Positions 40,388-54,519 of a stretch of 64,000 nucleotides of DNA are shown here, piece after piece. Under the pieces are notes generated by a model. It had not been told where the DNA came from and did not search any database. It was given only the letters and a program-made list of their open reading frames with translations. The translations under genes and the position numbers were made by a program. How positions within the stretch are numbered: the first letter of the stretch is position 1; each line of letters begins with the position of its first letter. This DNA is from Tubiluchus corallicola (Eukaryota > Animalia > Priapulida): positions 44,196-108,195 of the forward strand of contig JAQGDQ010000716.1 in the NCBI GenBank assembly GCA_030141605.1. The letters run 5' to 3'.

Positions 40388-40807
40388 CTGTTAAAAGTCA
40401 GCCATTTGTCGCGTTCTACAAAACACTTTGCAACTGCACAAACGCTTGTTGCTACGGACTTTGCAAAAACACATTGAAGTTATATTTAAATCCAGTAGAT
40501 GGCTCTTCCTGACGAAGATCTGGGCTTGGTAACAGAAAAAAAACACGAAGCAAAAAGACTGCTCGTCGAAGTTTCAAAATACAAGTTTTTTACGAGTTCA
40601 TTACTAATGATAAAATTAGATTTTTAGATTCTTTGGATTTTTTTCATTTGCTAACGTGATGCTAGAATATAAAAGTCCAATATATTTAGCGTTTGTTTTA
40701 AAAAAAACAAAAAACTGATATTTGACCAAACTTTGGTGGACTCTAATTTGAATCATCATTACGTAGTTTTAACTATGCCGACTTATGGACGGTTTCGGTT
40801 TGCAAGC
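40388..40807 (+). repeat. Dispersed repeat of about 420 bp, copy 2 (copy 1 at 37303-37742)
   Basis: Same shared blocks as copy 1, same orientation. Confidence 0.85.
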
Positions 40808-41351
40808 ACACTTACGTAATTTAGATACGTGTAGCTAACAGGTCATTGCAAATGCACCTTTATATATGCAACACGGTTAAAGTACCTTTGCTGATTTCTT
40901 CCCTACTACTCCTGTCATTCACAGCCATAGACATCGCTTACAGTTAATGTACAACTGGTCCAAAATGTTATTTAAGTTCATATGCTACAGTGCATCAGCT
41001 GTACAGTTGTATAAATATCCCAACGCTAAATATTTTAAAGCACAAGAGAACCCACCACTTACATAAAACTTAAAAAATTCGTCTTGAAATTTTATACCAC
41101 TTACGTACGGCCTTTTTTGTATGCAGGGCTTTCGTCGGAAGTAACGTTGTATAAAACTTGTAAATTTAAACGCCTGGTATGACCGTTAAACGCAGACATT
41201 TTAATGGTGGGTCGTCTGAAACAAGCTTAGATATCGCTGCGTGAAGTTTGAAAAAATAATCAGAGCATTCGTAGCATACACATCACTAACTAAGCAAAAT
41301 TTTTAATTACTTTATCTTGTCAATGAGATAAAAATACGTTTTTGGATAGCG

Positions 41352-41505
41352 AGTGGTGCACCCTGGAGGGTGAGTCAGCTACATTTTACCAATTGTTGAA
41401 AACATTTTAAGTAATTAATAATTTTCTTTTCTAGTTACATAAGTCTTTCCAGCAGGTAAGCGAAATGCAAAGTAATATAGTTACTGATATTTTTGGGACA
41501 TAGTC
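41352..41505 (+). repeat. Dispersed repeat of about 150 bp, copy 1 (copy 2 at 43430-43585)
   Basis: TGCACCCTGGAGGGTG.GTCAGC.ACA and AGCAGGTAAGCGAAA..AAGTAATATA shared. Confidence 0.8.
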
Positions 41506-41750
41506 AATAAACTATTACTGTTGTTACTATTAAAGTAAAAACAATTTCAACACTCTTGACAGCAGCGACATTACAGTTTTACAAGTGGTCTTGCTAGTTG
41601 TATAGATACTTAGCAAGCGCGTTAGGCACGACCCAGCGGTAAACTAAACATTTTAGCGTGACACGTGAGCTTACAGTATGGATAAGTAAAAATGTATTCT
41701 AAAAGCAAGTTTATGTACATCAAGTTGGTTAAACACAGTATCCGGATAAA

Positions 41751-44700
41751 ATGGACGCCGATAAGAGAAAAATACCAAAAAACAACTATTTACTATTAAG
41801 TTTTGCCACTGTTTTATTTATATGCATTTTATATTCAATAAGCAGTACAGAAAACCTTGTAAACTCAAGAGCACCTCGCGTTTATAGGAAAAAATATTTT
41901 TCACATTTCATCGAAAGAAAAGACATTATATTATTCGTAGGTATTATGAGTGCCCCTGTGCGAAGAGACAGACGTGACGTCATTCGCGCATCGTGGAAAA
42001 AGTGGTGTGACGTTTTTGATGATGTCATCTGCTTATTTTTTACAGATGGACAGGACAGGTTTGGTAACAAACTAAATAAATCAGTGTTAGAACCTTTGAT
42101 GTATGAAAAGAAATTAAACAATGACACAATTTTGACAGAGTCACCTAGTGGAATGAATTTTGGGAGGCGTTTGCTTTGGATGATGAGTTGGGCTTTACAA
42201 AGATATCATTTCAAGTACTTTCTACGATTAGATGATGATACATTTTTGTGTCTGAAGAAATTAAGAGCTGAATTAGCTATTTTTCGCTACACCAGGATCA
42301 ATTGGGGAGCTTTGCATTGCAAGGGTTTGTATAAATTACTCTTCTTCAGTTGCCCAGTATCCATGGAAACGATAATCACATAAAAGATTTGATTTTCTAG
42401 AAATTAAGCACCTGATAAATGAAAACGATTAAGCAATCTTCTATCACGTATGGTAGCATTTTTAAATTAAAATCAATAGCTTGTGGTATGCCTTACATCT
42501 AGTGCAAGATTTTTTCAAAGTTAACAAAACTCAGCAAACAAAACATTACTTACTTAGCAATAGGATATCACATTCGTACATTGTAATGAGATGCACTATA
42601 GACGATTTGAAAAGATTTCAAGCGGCGTTTTATTGTTTAGTGTTTTTAATTAGTAATAGTAGTGGTTATAATAGGCTAGTAGAAGTAGCCAATTTGTGGG
42701 ACTTAATTACAAGGCAATTGTTTTCTTTGTTTCAATGAGTAGGTTATGTAGCATACTGGTTGAATTTTTAGGTCTTTGAGCACTTGAAAAGGTGCATGTT
42801 TGTGAATGGCAAGGGTGATTCTACACAATGCTGTATGTACGATTTGATAACTGACTTTGTTAGCATTATGTTGTGCAAAATTGTGACAATCTTACAACCA
42901 ACCAACAACCATACACTGAAAATGGTCCGTCTCTGAATTGCCCAAAAATGTATTTATTGATTTTCACAAGCTGTTTTTTCTTCGTGCTATAAGTTTTCTC
43001 AATCAATTTTTCAATCTAAGCTTGTTAATGCTGTTGCTGGGAAAAACAGTAAAAATGGCAACAAATTTATGAGACTAACAGATTATATTATCAGCGATAC
43101 ATAGCAAGGAAGACAGGTGGCATTAGGTGCTTTTAAAAAGGTCAGTAACGACATTGTTGCAAACGCTAGCGCTGTGTGGGGCGGTCCTAAGATTTAACTG
43201 GCCCTAAAAGACTTTCTAATGATTGTGGGAATCTTTCTGTTACATAACATCCTAATACAGAATTTTAGTAGCGAGTATTTGCTGACTTTAGAAGAAACAT
43301 TAGAAGAAAATGGGTTTGTATTTTCTGTTAGTAACTGGTTCAGATAATAACTTTATCTAAATTAGGCGAAAATTTAATTACTGCATATGGATTACTTCAA
43401 TAAAATTAAAAATGCGTTTTCGGTTAGTTAGTGATGCACCCTGGAGGGTGGGTCAGCGACAATTTTTCCACTAGGTGAAAGCATTTTAAATAATTAATAA
43501 TGTTCGTTTCTAAGTCCTACAAGCAGGTAAGCGAAAAGCCAAGTAATATAATTTTGCATGGAAAGTTTTTTTGGGAAGTAGTTTAATATGTACTTTTCTT
43601 CCCCTGATTTTCGCAAAACTTTTCTTCTACTGATTAACGTTTGCGTAAGTGACGTCATGTAATGGCGCCATCTGAACAGTGTCGCGGCAAGTTTAAAATG
43701 AAAACAAATAAAAAATCCTTTTAAACGAGTTTGATATATGCATAAATTGATATAAAGTGATATAATTTCTTATAGCGATTTTTCTGAAACCCTCTTTTGG
43801 TTCCCCTCTTCTTATCCTTCGAAGAATGTTGCAATAAGTTTACTTCAAGCTATATAAATGTAGTGGCAAGCCAGTCAAAGGGTGGCTACATCACAAGGGG
43901 GCACATAATTTCATTAGCCCCATATTAACCCGTCCCTGAGAGAAACCTATTAGGCTCTGCAGAAAATGCAATTTCGAAACAGGACCACTTTTCTGCATTT
44001 CGAAAAAAAACTAAGTTGCATGTAAACGGAGAACAGCGTAAGCAAAAATAAGCGTTTGCAAGTTGTGATTTTTCCACGTGCAAGTTGAATACAAACACTA
44101 TGGGTCTGTGTTAGAAGACCGAGTCACGAAGCTATATCTTCCTGCTTCTAGCTAGTCTATCTGACTATGTCACTAGTTAAATTGCGATGTTGCATCAGAA
44201 GAGTTTAAAGCAAAACCGGGCACAATCTTAACCTGTTGGTCAAAATAATCTACTTTTTAAAATATGGAAAGTAAACATTCCGGAATGCCTTAGTGAAAGA
44301 ATTTTTACGGCACAAACGGAATTTCGAGTTCGAGCCACTAGTTCTTCGCTGTTACTTACATTTCACCATTTGTTAGTTAGACGGCCACTAGCGCCTGCAT
44401 TTCGCAAATACCTTGCAAAAAACAGGTGCCTCTCAATTCAGATGTGTTAGTTTCTGACGTACTACACACTTTCGACAGCTCATGCGTGAGCACAGCAGTA
44501 AATTTGAAATTTTAATTATCTTAAAACTTTAAAACTTGGAGAGTTTTATTACAACATTCTGAATCTTTTGCAGTAGTGCTGTACTTCTATATTCGCTTTT
44601 GCAAACATATGCAGCACGCTCATGGAATATTTTTGCTGTTGAAAATTATGTTAGTTGACGACGTCATCAATATTTTTGCTCCCCTGCCTTTAATTAAGAT

Positions 44701-45615
44701 TTTAGTCTATTATTTAATTATCAGCAACGCTTTTCCAGTATTACTGGTATTAAAATATATACGTTTTAAAGTACTTGAACATGGGCCAGTGTATGGAAAG
44801 CCATCTTGACTTCTTTTAAATTAAAGCTAACAAATGACTATCCCACGTAGAATTCATAGAACAAGGTGATTTGACCGTAGCACATGCCATTATGGACGAG
44901 TAGGTTAAAGTTTCGCAGGCTAAACTTAGCTGTTGGCAACTTGTAGGTTACTGGTCATCCTTAATGCGTGAGAAATAGATCTCCTACGTCACCTAACTTA
45001 AACTCCTCTCTGAACAGCAATATTAAATATATATTATTGAAGTAATAAGATTAACAATAAAGCAAATACACTTACAGGTCTTTATAAAGGTAACTCTATT
45101 TATTGCAATTCTTTTGAAAATGTACAGAATCCTAATTACACTTCTTTGCAGGTGTCAAAAGGATCGATGAGTTCTTTTTCTTGGTGTCTGGAGACATTGT
45201 GCAAGAAATTATCTACACATTAAAACCTGAAAATCTACAATGTTCTACACATGGTGGCATATCAGCTGCACTGTGGCTGCACAAATTGGATAATATTACT
45301 TATTTAGCAGATAGGAGAGTGCATTTGGGATTTAGCAAACATTTGAAAAATCCCAGCGTTACAACTTGTGACGAAGTTATAGTTATCCATCACTCCTATC
45401 CAAAACTAGCAAAGAAATTGTGGGGCGTGGTAAATACATCTCGTCAACTTCCAGAGAAAAATGTTGACTTTTCTCACAAGTGTTCAGGTAGAGAAAATAA
45501 TTTTAAAGGACACAAGTTTAAGAACTGTCTTGGTGACTCCTTTACAAAAACAGAATTTTATGAAGGCAACGAAAAACGAGTTCTTTCGATTCATCAAGAT
45601 GAATTGTTCACGTAA
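41751..45615 (+). CDS. Divergent GT31 (beta-1,3-galactosyltransferase-like) glycosyltransferase; exons 41751-42324 and 45152-45615, 345 aa
   Basis: TM YLLLSFATVLFICILYSI; LFVGIMSAP..DRRDVIRASW; WALQRYHFKYFLRLDDDTFL; donor AAGG|GTTTGT and acceptor CTTCTTTGCAG|GT are both phase 1 and join ORFs 41751 and 45181 in frame. Confidence 0.85.
43430..43585 (+). repeat. Dispersed repeat of about 150 bp, copy 2, in the GT31 intron
   Basis: Matches 41352-41505. Confidence 0.8.
44209..44815 (-). mobile_element. Full-length copy of the TTAA-flanked MITE, in the GT31 intron
   Basis: TTAA|AGCAAAACCGG ... CATCTTGACTTCTT|TTAA. Confidence 0.82.
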
Positions 45616-46179
45616 TCTTGTATTTATGAAGGAAAAATAAATTCGATAAAAAGCGAGATCTCATAGGGAAAGTTGAACGTCATTGTTGTAAATTTGTGAA
45701 TGATATATTCATGCATGATAATAATGTTATTCTTTGGCATTACATTGTTAGTGTTTAAATTAGCCCATTTATGCATGGTACTTTGCAAAACTTGGAAAAA
45801 CTGTGTATTTTTGTTAAAATTAATCACTACAAACTGTGTGTTGTAATTTTTTGATACATGTCATTCATTTAATTGCAAAAACAAAAAATGTACCAAAATG
45901 GACAACACAGTATAATATATTGTGAAAGACAAAAAAAGTTGAAGTTTTATTGTTCTTCCAGAAGAAAGAGAAGTTATTGTAACACATTTAATTGATTCTG
46001 AAACTTAACTCTTCCTAAATGCATATGAAAAACAGAAGTAATTGTAAAATTCTATATTAAATTTGATTAAACACTCAATATGAATGGCGATGTCACATTT
46101 GACGCACGTTCATTTTACTATCACATCGCAATGGCTACTCTAATTTGCGTCTTTAAGCCAAAATTTCTGTCAAGTCTCA

Positions 46180-46181
<2 letters not shown>

Positions 46182-46276
<95 letters not shown>
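46182..46276. repeat. (CT)n microsatellite
   Basis: Directly visible. Confidence 0.97.
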
Positions 46277-46278
<2 letters not shown>

Positions 46279-47510
46279 AATGCACTTTTCCTAGTACAGC
46301 ACTTACATTGGATTGTTCACTGTTTCTGTACTTGTGAATGTAAGTAGAAACAATCTGCATTCGTAACGCCAATAGATCAAGTAGATTGCTTTTGTGTCCT
46401 TCACTATACAACAACCAGACAATCCACCCGTTGACATCTACTGAAAAGATTGACATCTACCATTTCCAAATTCTAACTGTAGTGTGGTACTTATTGTACC
46501 CCTTTTGATCCATCCTATCTCTGCCGTGCGCCCATTCCATGATCCCATTCACGAATAGCTGATTGCTAATTATCCCATAGTTTTTCTATAAGCAGCTCAC
46601 CATCTGTCACCATAGCTATAGGCATTCTGCTTACAGCATCTAATGTCAAATTATGTGAACGTACCATTGAATTTCTTCAATCATTATGCATAGTCGTAAG
46701 TAGATTGTAACCAGAAATTAATAAAATAACCAGTTCAAGTTTTACTTTGTCTCGCTTTGGGTTATAGTTACTGTTAATTTGACAGACCTGGTATTTAGTG
46801 AAGCACAGAAGGATATTCTGGCATTGGGGCTAAAATTTGTGTTTGGACTTTTGTGCTTCCCTGTTTTGGAGTTTTTTCGAATATTAGACATGGCATTTTT
46901 ATTTTTTATTTCTATTTATTCATTAACATTTATACATATATTAAAAGTAAGAAACAGCAGGTGTAAGCGGACTTGCACTGATTGCTTCTTGTTTAAACTG
47001 CCGTAAATGAAAACTTCAGACAAATTCAATATGTAGTTTACATTGATTTTTAACGTTTATAATGTGATTTCTCTCTCACAAATATTTTACACATCCATCT
47101 TTGCCAAACATGAGTTATTAAATGCTCACATGGCACTGGAGAAAAAGACATTAAAAAAGACACAAATAGAAAAGTAGTGGCATTTGATGGCATATGTTAA
47201 TTTCATGCAGTTTATTTCTGTAATAAAAATAGAATGCACTAAGTAAAAAGCAGATTTCTACCAATGCCGAGCAATCCTGGACGTAGTCGTCTGATTGTTT
47301 TGACTAAAAAAGACAAAATTAAGATGAACAAACAGACATAAAAATGTACCTGTATTGGTATTATGTTGGCTATTTTGTTCTTTAAATAAAATTATAGTCA
47401 ATAATTCACGTGTGTTTATCTTTTTTTGTTTAACAATTAATTTTAGGGATGGTATCTGACTGACATTTTCCACGCGATAATTTTTATATGTGAATATATG
47501 GAACTAATGA

Positions 47511-48395
47511 AACCTGGAACTAATTCTTAGTAGTTTATCCTGGTGGAGATAATGAACAACAAGTACTAACACTCCATATGGAGACTTCCACGAAGCGCTT
47601 GACTTTACGTATGTCATAGCAGATTACACTAAGAACAATCTATATATGTATGCTGTGTTTGGTTAAGTTTTGCAAGAAAGAACGGGTGAAAAAAATGCCC
47701 ATTTTGGCAGCCTATACCTCCTTCTCCACAAATTTTCCTGGTGGGAATCTGGTGTTTTTGTGTAATAAAAAACCAAACAAACTGTGTTGAGGCATAACTT
47801 CCTTGGCAGAGGTAAAAATATAAAATAATTATCCCCTACAGTAACCTTGACCCTGAGTGTGCTGATTTTTCCTGTACCATATTTACCGTGCTATTTTCCT
47901 GGTGCCACTTTTTCCTGTGCCATTTTCTCCTACTTTTTCGTTTGTGCCATTTTATTCAACATTCCATTTGTGCGATTTTTGCTGTGCCATTTTAGTTACT
48001 TTCCATTTGTGCAATTTCTTCCTGTGCAATTTTATCACCATTCCATTTGTGCCATTTTACCTAGCTTTCCATTTGTGCAATTTTTCCTGTGCCATTTTCC
48101 TGTGCCAATTTACTTCCTTTCCATTTGTGGAATTTTTCCTGTGTCATTTTTCCTGTGCCATTTTACTTCTTTTCACTTGTGTCATTTTTTCCTGTGCCAG
48201 TTTATGTCCTTACCATTTGTACCCTCTAAACTCCTTTTCATTTGTGCCATTTTCCTGTGCCATTTTACCTACTTTCATTTGTGCCATTTTTTCCTGTGCC
48301 ATTTTACCTACCTTGCCATTTGTGCCATTTTTTCCTATGCCATTTTACCTACCTTGCCATTTGTGCCATTTTTTCCTGTGCCATTTTTACCAACA
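47511..48395 (+). repeat. Dispersed element with expanded TTTGTGCCATTTTTCCTGTGCCATTTTAC subrepeat array (47860-48392)
   Basis: Array directly visible; explains the F/C/H/P-rich ORFs at 47847-48444; homologous to 33065-33622. Confidence 0.85.
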
Positions 48396-49704
48396 TTCAC
48401 AGAGACGAGCTTTCGAGGACGGACATTTAGTTTTTCTTAACTAGCAAATAAGAGGGATGTCATCAATAATATTTATTTTTTGAATGTTAAAAATGTTTAA
48501 AAGCATAAGTGCATGATCAAAACCGACTTTCATCAAACACGTTGCTAATATACAATCGAGGGACTGACAAAATATGCTGCTTAGAGACAATGCCTCTCGA
48601 CTCATTTGCAAAAGTGGTACGCATTTTTATTACACACAAATGGTAAATGTCTTTGAAAACACACAACTACAACTTGTACAAAGTGCGATGTCAACAACAT
48701 ATTTTTTCTCAAAATACATACCTGTTGTAGCGATTATGTTCGAGGGACTTCATGTTCTAAAGAAATGGTAAAATGACAATAATAATCCATTGTTCTGCCC
48801 CACAAGTACTTTAACGCCGCGGACTTATTACACAGCTAGCTGAAGGTTGGACGAGGAAGACGAATGATAAATCTACTAGCCGCTGCAGTGGCTCCTGCTA
48901 CTGCATCCGTGGATGAAGCAGAAATATTATATCAACGATGTAAATTAGTAGAGCAGATAAACAGAAAAATTGTACATTTTTGATAAAATTATGTAATTTC
49001 AAACACAGGTATGGGTATGACAGCGTTTTGTCTTTTGTAGAAGATGTATATGTTCCAATGTCTGGGACATCATAAGCAGGAGGCAACAACTCGGCCACAT
49101 AGTGAAGTGAAACTAGTTCGCATTCTCATGAAGTCACACTCAGTCAGAGTCAATGCTTCCACGAGTGTTGCCAATTTCAATATGAATGTGCCCTATAGTG
49201 GCAGTTGATATGACAGTCTCTACATCTTTCTGTAGGGTGTCCTGGACGCGAATTAGGAGATCACACTTACTAGGAATTTTCGTGGGTCAAAAATGAACTT
49301 TCCTATTAAATTGTGTTTTATATAATCATGTTAAATTCCTATTTATCTAGGTAGCTTTTGCAGCTGTTGCAATCTAAAAACTAATTTCAACGGAAATCAA
49401 CCGGCAAAGATTAAAGCGAAATTTTGACCACAGAAAAAAACAGAAGCTGCATATTAAACTTTTGTTTAAATTTTTTTTATAACAATGCGTAATTATTTTT
49501 CTTAAATATAATCAATAAATACGGGAAAACAGAAAAAACTGATATAACTCAAAACAGCTTTCACTCTAACTATAAGCATTTATCAAAAATATTAATTAAA
49601 CATGAGTGGATTCATTACAATACACGATAATGCAGTTTAGAAGGATCTGCACAAAACTACTCTGATCGGGCACTTTTTATTCTATTTAATCAATTCTCTT
49701 GTTA

Positions 49705-52700
49705 TCAAATGATTCCTGGTTTTACAAATTGATGCAAAAATGCAGGAAACTGATATCCAAAAATGACGAAATCAGCTTTGTAAATTTTATACAGTTTTCT
49801 CAAAAGTTTTTTAGGCAACATGCTGTAATAATGTTTCATTGACGTGACGGTGTAGCCAGTATTGTGAAATTCATATTTTTTGGTTAAATCTAGTCTGTGA
49901 TAAACATTCAACATTTTCAAGAAATCTTTGCTTTCTTGTTCAATATGCTCATACTTTCCAATAAAGTCATACTTAACAGTACAAGGATCACATAAGTCAG
50001 TCATTCTAGCCCAGTGTTCATTATACAGTTTTGGATTTGTAACGACCAAGTACCTGACAAAATCTGTAAAACTTACAATATAATTTGAAGTGCGTATGTT
50101 TTGTCTTCGAAGAACATGCGCCATGTGTGAAATTTCTTCAGAAAAGTTCTTACTCTCGATTTTATTTTTGAAAGCACTTAAAAGACGTTCAAATGGGTGT
50201 CGAACAAACATAAACTTTTTATATTTTTTTAGTACAAATGACTGCAAGTAGACAGAATATCTTGATATTTGTTTTATTAGATCACCTTTCAGGGCACGTT
50301 GATGAGGTGTGTATCCTGGTAATTCATCTAAATCACGTGGCTGAACTAACGAATCATTAGCAAGACTTGCATCAGCAGCCATTAAACTAATTAAAATTCT
50401 TTTCCAATTTGTGGTTGCTGCTTTTGGCACTGAACAATAAGCCAGACGATGAATGTCATCAATGTATGTTTGTGTCCACAAGTTAAATTTTCCACCAAAA
50501 ACTGTAGTTGAATATTGTCTCTCACATGCAGTTTGTGCCACCGCTTTTCTTGTTCGATAAGCAACTTTCTCAGCCCGGAATGAACAATTTTGGCCTAGAA
50601 ATGGCCCACGAATAAAGCTGCGTGAGTTCAAATCATCGTTACAAGCTTTCTTTTGCACATCTTCTGAAAAGAAAATTATTAAGTATGATTTGGAATAAGT
50701 GACATATGCATTTCAGACGCAGATATCAGATTCTGCATTAATTCAAAAATTCGATATCACATGATTACTGCAACAAGATGTTAAAATCTCCTTTACACTA
50801 CTATACTACAATGAGCACTTATCCTATAGCCTATGCTTTTGATTTAGTATAACTACTGCATTTTAACTGCACTTACTCATTCTTTTAAAAAGGTAAATCC
50901 TGTAATTACCTTAATATAATTACTAAAAATCGTAATACAGCTTATTTTTTCAATTTATTAGTTACAAAAATAAATACATGCATTTTATACACAAGTAAAA
51001 GTAAACAGTAAAGTACATAGCCATGATCGGTACGGATGTTGTGTCTACCACTGTATGTCATGAATGTCAACAAGGAACTAAATCCTTAAACGAGTCGCTA
51101 CTTGTTATCCATGTATGATAATGATATTAACCCCGGAAAGCCACCGATTATTAATTTATAAAAGGCTTTTTTCTCACGAATAGTGCTAGTTTTCCCTTAA
51201 GTATGCTGGACACTGTCCAGTTCGTTACTTTTTTGTTGCACTGTAAATTTCGAGTCAGAATGACTATTTTAGTCAATAACAACTTGTACATATTATTGCG
51301 ACATTCCCGAGTTTATTTCTTTTCACCTTCACCGACTGTATCTATTTGCTGTGGCTATTTAAAGGGCAACATCTAAGCTTTTTTTCAGTTTATAGATGGT
51401 AGCTGCAATCACATCGCAACTAAGGATGTTAATTACATAGATTTTTTATTACTTCAGTATATGATCATAGCAATTGTTGAAGATTTTGACTTATAGTTGT
51501 TTACAATTGACAATGTAGGCAGCGCCAAACGAAATATATTTTTTGTTTAATAACAGCCCCCTATTGCAAAATTTATACGTTTATTTCAGTTAATCTATCG
51601 AGAGCTATTTTCCTCAGTGCAGTTAAAAGTAAACTTTCATAAAGCCATTTATCTTTTCTGAATATTTCCTTCTTACTTTTGAAATAACTTTCATGTAATT
51701 TTTAAATCTATATACTGCAGCACCTCTTCCTATATATTATCGTGATGTCCTTAATAATCCTGGTCTCGGGAACCAGTTATCGTGATTTATTCTTTACTAT
51801 GGTCACTAGTACCAATTATCATGTAATATTAATTTCTCTAATTAATATTGATTCTTATCTCTCGCTCGTGATCGTATAACACGTGACCTAACACACGACT
51901 TATTTAAAGAGTGATTTGCCTCTATTACACTAATTGCTATAAGGTTATTCACAACCTGGCTCCTAGAGCTTAAGATAAAGTCTATAGAGCTATGATATTT
52001 TCTCACAAGACTGTTTCTATGACTCAGCGTCTCGATAAGAGTCTTAATCTCCAAAGCTTACTAGCAAAAGTTCCCGCAATTGAACTCGTAAATTACTTAA
52101 TGTACACAGCAAATCTTCAGATTCGTTTACAGAATTTAATGTTGCTTAACTGAAACACCTATAAGCATACTCAAACTATTCATTTAAGTTAAAGCGAAAT
52201 CCGTTTATTGTTTTACAACAATTACTCTTAGTCAACTAATATTACAATGTTTGATCTTAATCGCCAAAGACGCTCACAATTAATAATTAGCTCCCAGAGA
52301 TACTAATCAGATTCACTTAACTATTTCCTCGCTTCGCACTTAAGGTGCTAATTACAATGTGAAATATGCAATTACAATTAACTACACGTTACACTTAAGG
52401 TGTCTATTACTGTGATTAACTACTATGCAGAGTTGCTCTCAAGTTACGATATGTTAAGTTCACTTAACTTGGTGGAATGACCAATGACAACTGTTCAATT
52501 GGTCAAATCCAGAGGTTACGTTCGTGGCTTGGTGGTTTATGACCATCAGATGGCCAGGTAACATAGTTTCTTACATGGGAAAAACACCGCTACTCGACTT
52601 GTCCTTTACAACATTAACCCAAGAGCTTGTTCCTTGCTTCGCTTGGGTTATAAACTCTCGTTCAAGAAAAGAACCACTTTCTGCTTCTTCACAATTATAG

Positions 52701-53313
52701 TTTAGCAACTCTGCATAATATTACATGAGGTTTATTATCTAACCACGCAATGTTATAAAAATAAGCTTCGCTCCCCCTAGACTAAACACCTGTGACAAAC
52801 TTTTACTCTCTAAATGAACACCTGTTCTATTCCTTGTGAACACAAACTCTGTGACGATAATTTCTTGCCTCGCATTAAATAGGTGCTTTATCAGCTAAGT
52901 GAGTTCCCATATTCTTTTAATAAATTTATCTAATCCAATTAGGAGGTCTCTTTATCAACATAATCTAATGAAGTTGATAACTCCATTAATTAATCACTTA
53001 ATTCATGATTCCGAAATTTATTCATAACAATATGCGTATTTGAAATACATGTACAACTTTCTGTAAGCTTAACAAACTCAAGGATTTTTAAAATATCCAT
53101 TCCACGGAACTACTTTTCATCAATTTCATCTCGATGTTATTAATCACTAAAAATGAACAAGTTATTATAATTACCTTGCTTGTAGCATGGGATGTCACTT
53201 GGCAAATTCGCATAATTAACAACTATTACAACGACACTGAAAACTACACCACAAACGGGAGTAAGAAGGATTTTATTTGACACAAACTTCGTATTATATA
53301 ACCTTAATTGCAT
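49705..53313 (-). CDS. Carbohydrate sulfotransferase, CHST8-14/HNK-1ST-like (Sulfotransfer_2); exons 53175-53313 and 49705-50663, 365 aa
   Basis: Exon MQLRLYNTKFVSNKILLTPVCGVVFSVVVIVVNYANLP (TM) ends AAG|GTAAT; acceptor TTTTCAG|AA; phase 1 matches. Motifs YCSVPKAATTNWKR, KFMFVRHPFERLLSAFKNK, NEHW...LCDPC..YDFIGKYE, YKADFVIFGY. Confidence 0.93.
51757..53029 (-). mobile_element. Possible 5' LTR plus primer binding site relic in the CHST intron
   Basis: Minus strand TGTTAT (53029) ... ATAAC (51776) followed by TGGTTCCCGAGACCAGGATT, which resembles a tRNA-complementary PBS; no internal coding sequence recognised. Confidence 0.35.
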
Positions 53314-54519
53314 TTTCTACGAAAAAGATAACGATCAATTTTCAAAATAACACTAAATTATTTATCCCATTTTTGAAAATGGGCGTTACTATTTTCACGT
53401 TATCTGAGTCAAGTAGCATGCTGATAATTACTCAAAATTACATTTTGACGTGGCTCATATTTCTGCGATTTTCAGAATCCTGCGCAGAAATCGTTTTCCA
53501 TTTTGTACGTTACTTGGGTCAAGGAAGTGTCATTGCTGTTTGCACAAGGAGATTTTCAACAAAAGACACTGGTCCAGCTGAGAAGAATTGTTTTCTGCAG
53601 TACTGGATTCCATTATAAAATCGATGATTCCATTATTAAATTTTGAGTGGATAAAATGGTCTAATGTCTGTCAATGAGTTTTTCGCTTTCTTAATACCCA
53701 TTAAGTTACCTTGAAGTTGTTTTTTCTTTCTTTTATAACGCTGCCACATCACATCTTTAGAATGGCATTTTCAGAAATTGCCTAGTAGTTCGTCTTCTTG
53801 AATTGTTTATCTTTAACCGCATTAGCGTTTTTTAATTCGTTGATAAACAGATCTTATTTTTAAAGCTACTTCTTCCCTGATGCTTCCATGCTGCAGATTG
53901 TAAAACACCTTGTTTGTTTTTGTTTGTTTGTTTATTATACAACTCACTGAAGCGGAAGGTCCGACCTAACACCGGACAATTGAACTTTTGTGTCCGACTT
54001 TCCGCCGGCATTAACTGTTTGTGTAGGTAACAACATTGATTTTTTGGCCAATTGAGCCAAAATGTGCAAATAATATTATCATAATCGTTATAGAAGCACG
54101 GTAGAAAACCATTATCGAAACGGTTAGTAAAAATGCTTCAAAGATAAAAAAACTTAAAGAGTAAGAGACGAAAACCTGTGCATGAAGCTATAATGATGTA
54201 ATGCAATATGCCGTCAATGCAATCCACAAATAAACAACAGGGGATAATGGCTGTGAGGACACTGGCACTTTCCTATTCTATTCTGTTTCATTTCTCTCAT
54301 GCCGTCACTGATCAATCTTTATGTTGGCAACCATTTAAAAGAATTTAAATGCCATAACCACAAACCGACTGTCCAACATTACCTGTAAGTGTGAAACAAT
54401 GACGTAATAAAAAGTAGCAAAGCATTTAATTATCGCAGCATTTTACATTTTATACAGATACCTCACTTCTGATTCCTTAACAGCATAGCTTCAGTTTATT
54501 ATTATTTCTTAGCAAAAAG

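Noticed and set aside
47847-48444. 197-aa and 180-aa F/C/H-rich ORFs
   Set aside because: Open frames arise from the subrepeat array of a dispersed element.
54361-54450. Candidate upstream exon of the CHST gene (CAG|GTAAT at 54383/54382)
   Set aside because: The site reads equally well as an acceptor or a donor; an acceptor at 53317-53318 implies an upstream exon, but its position cannot be fixed from sequence.
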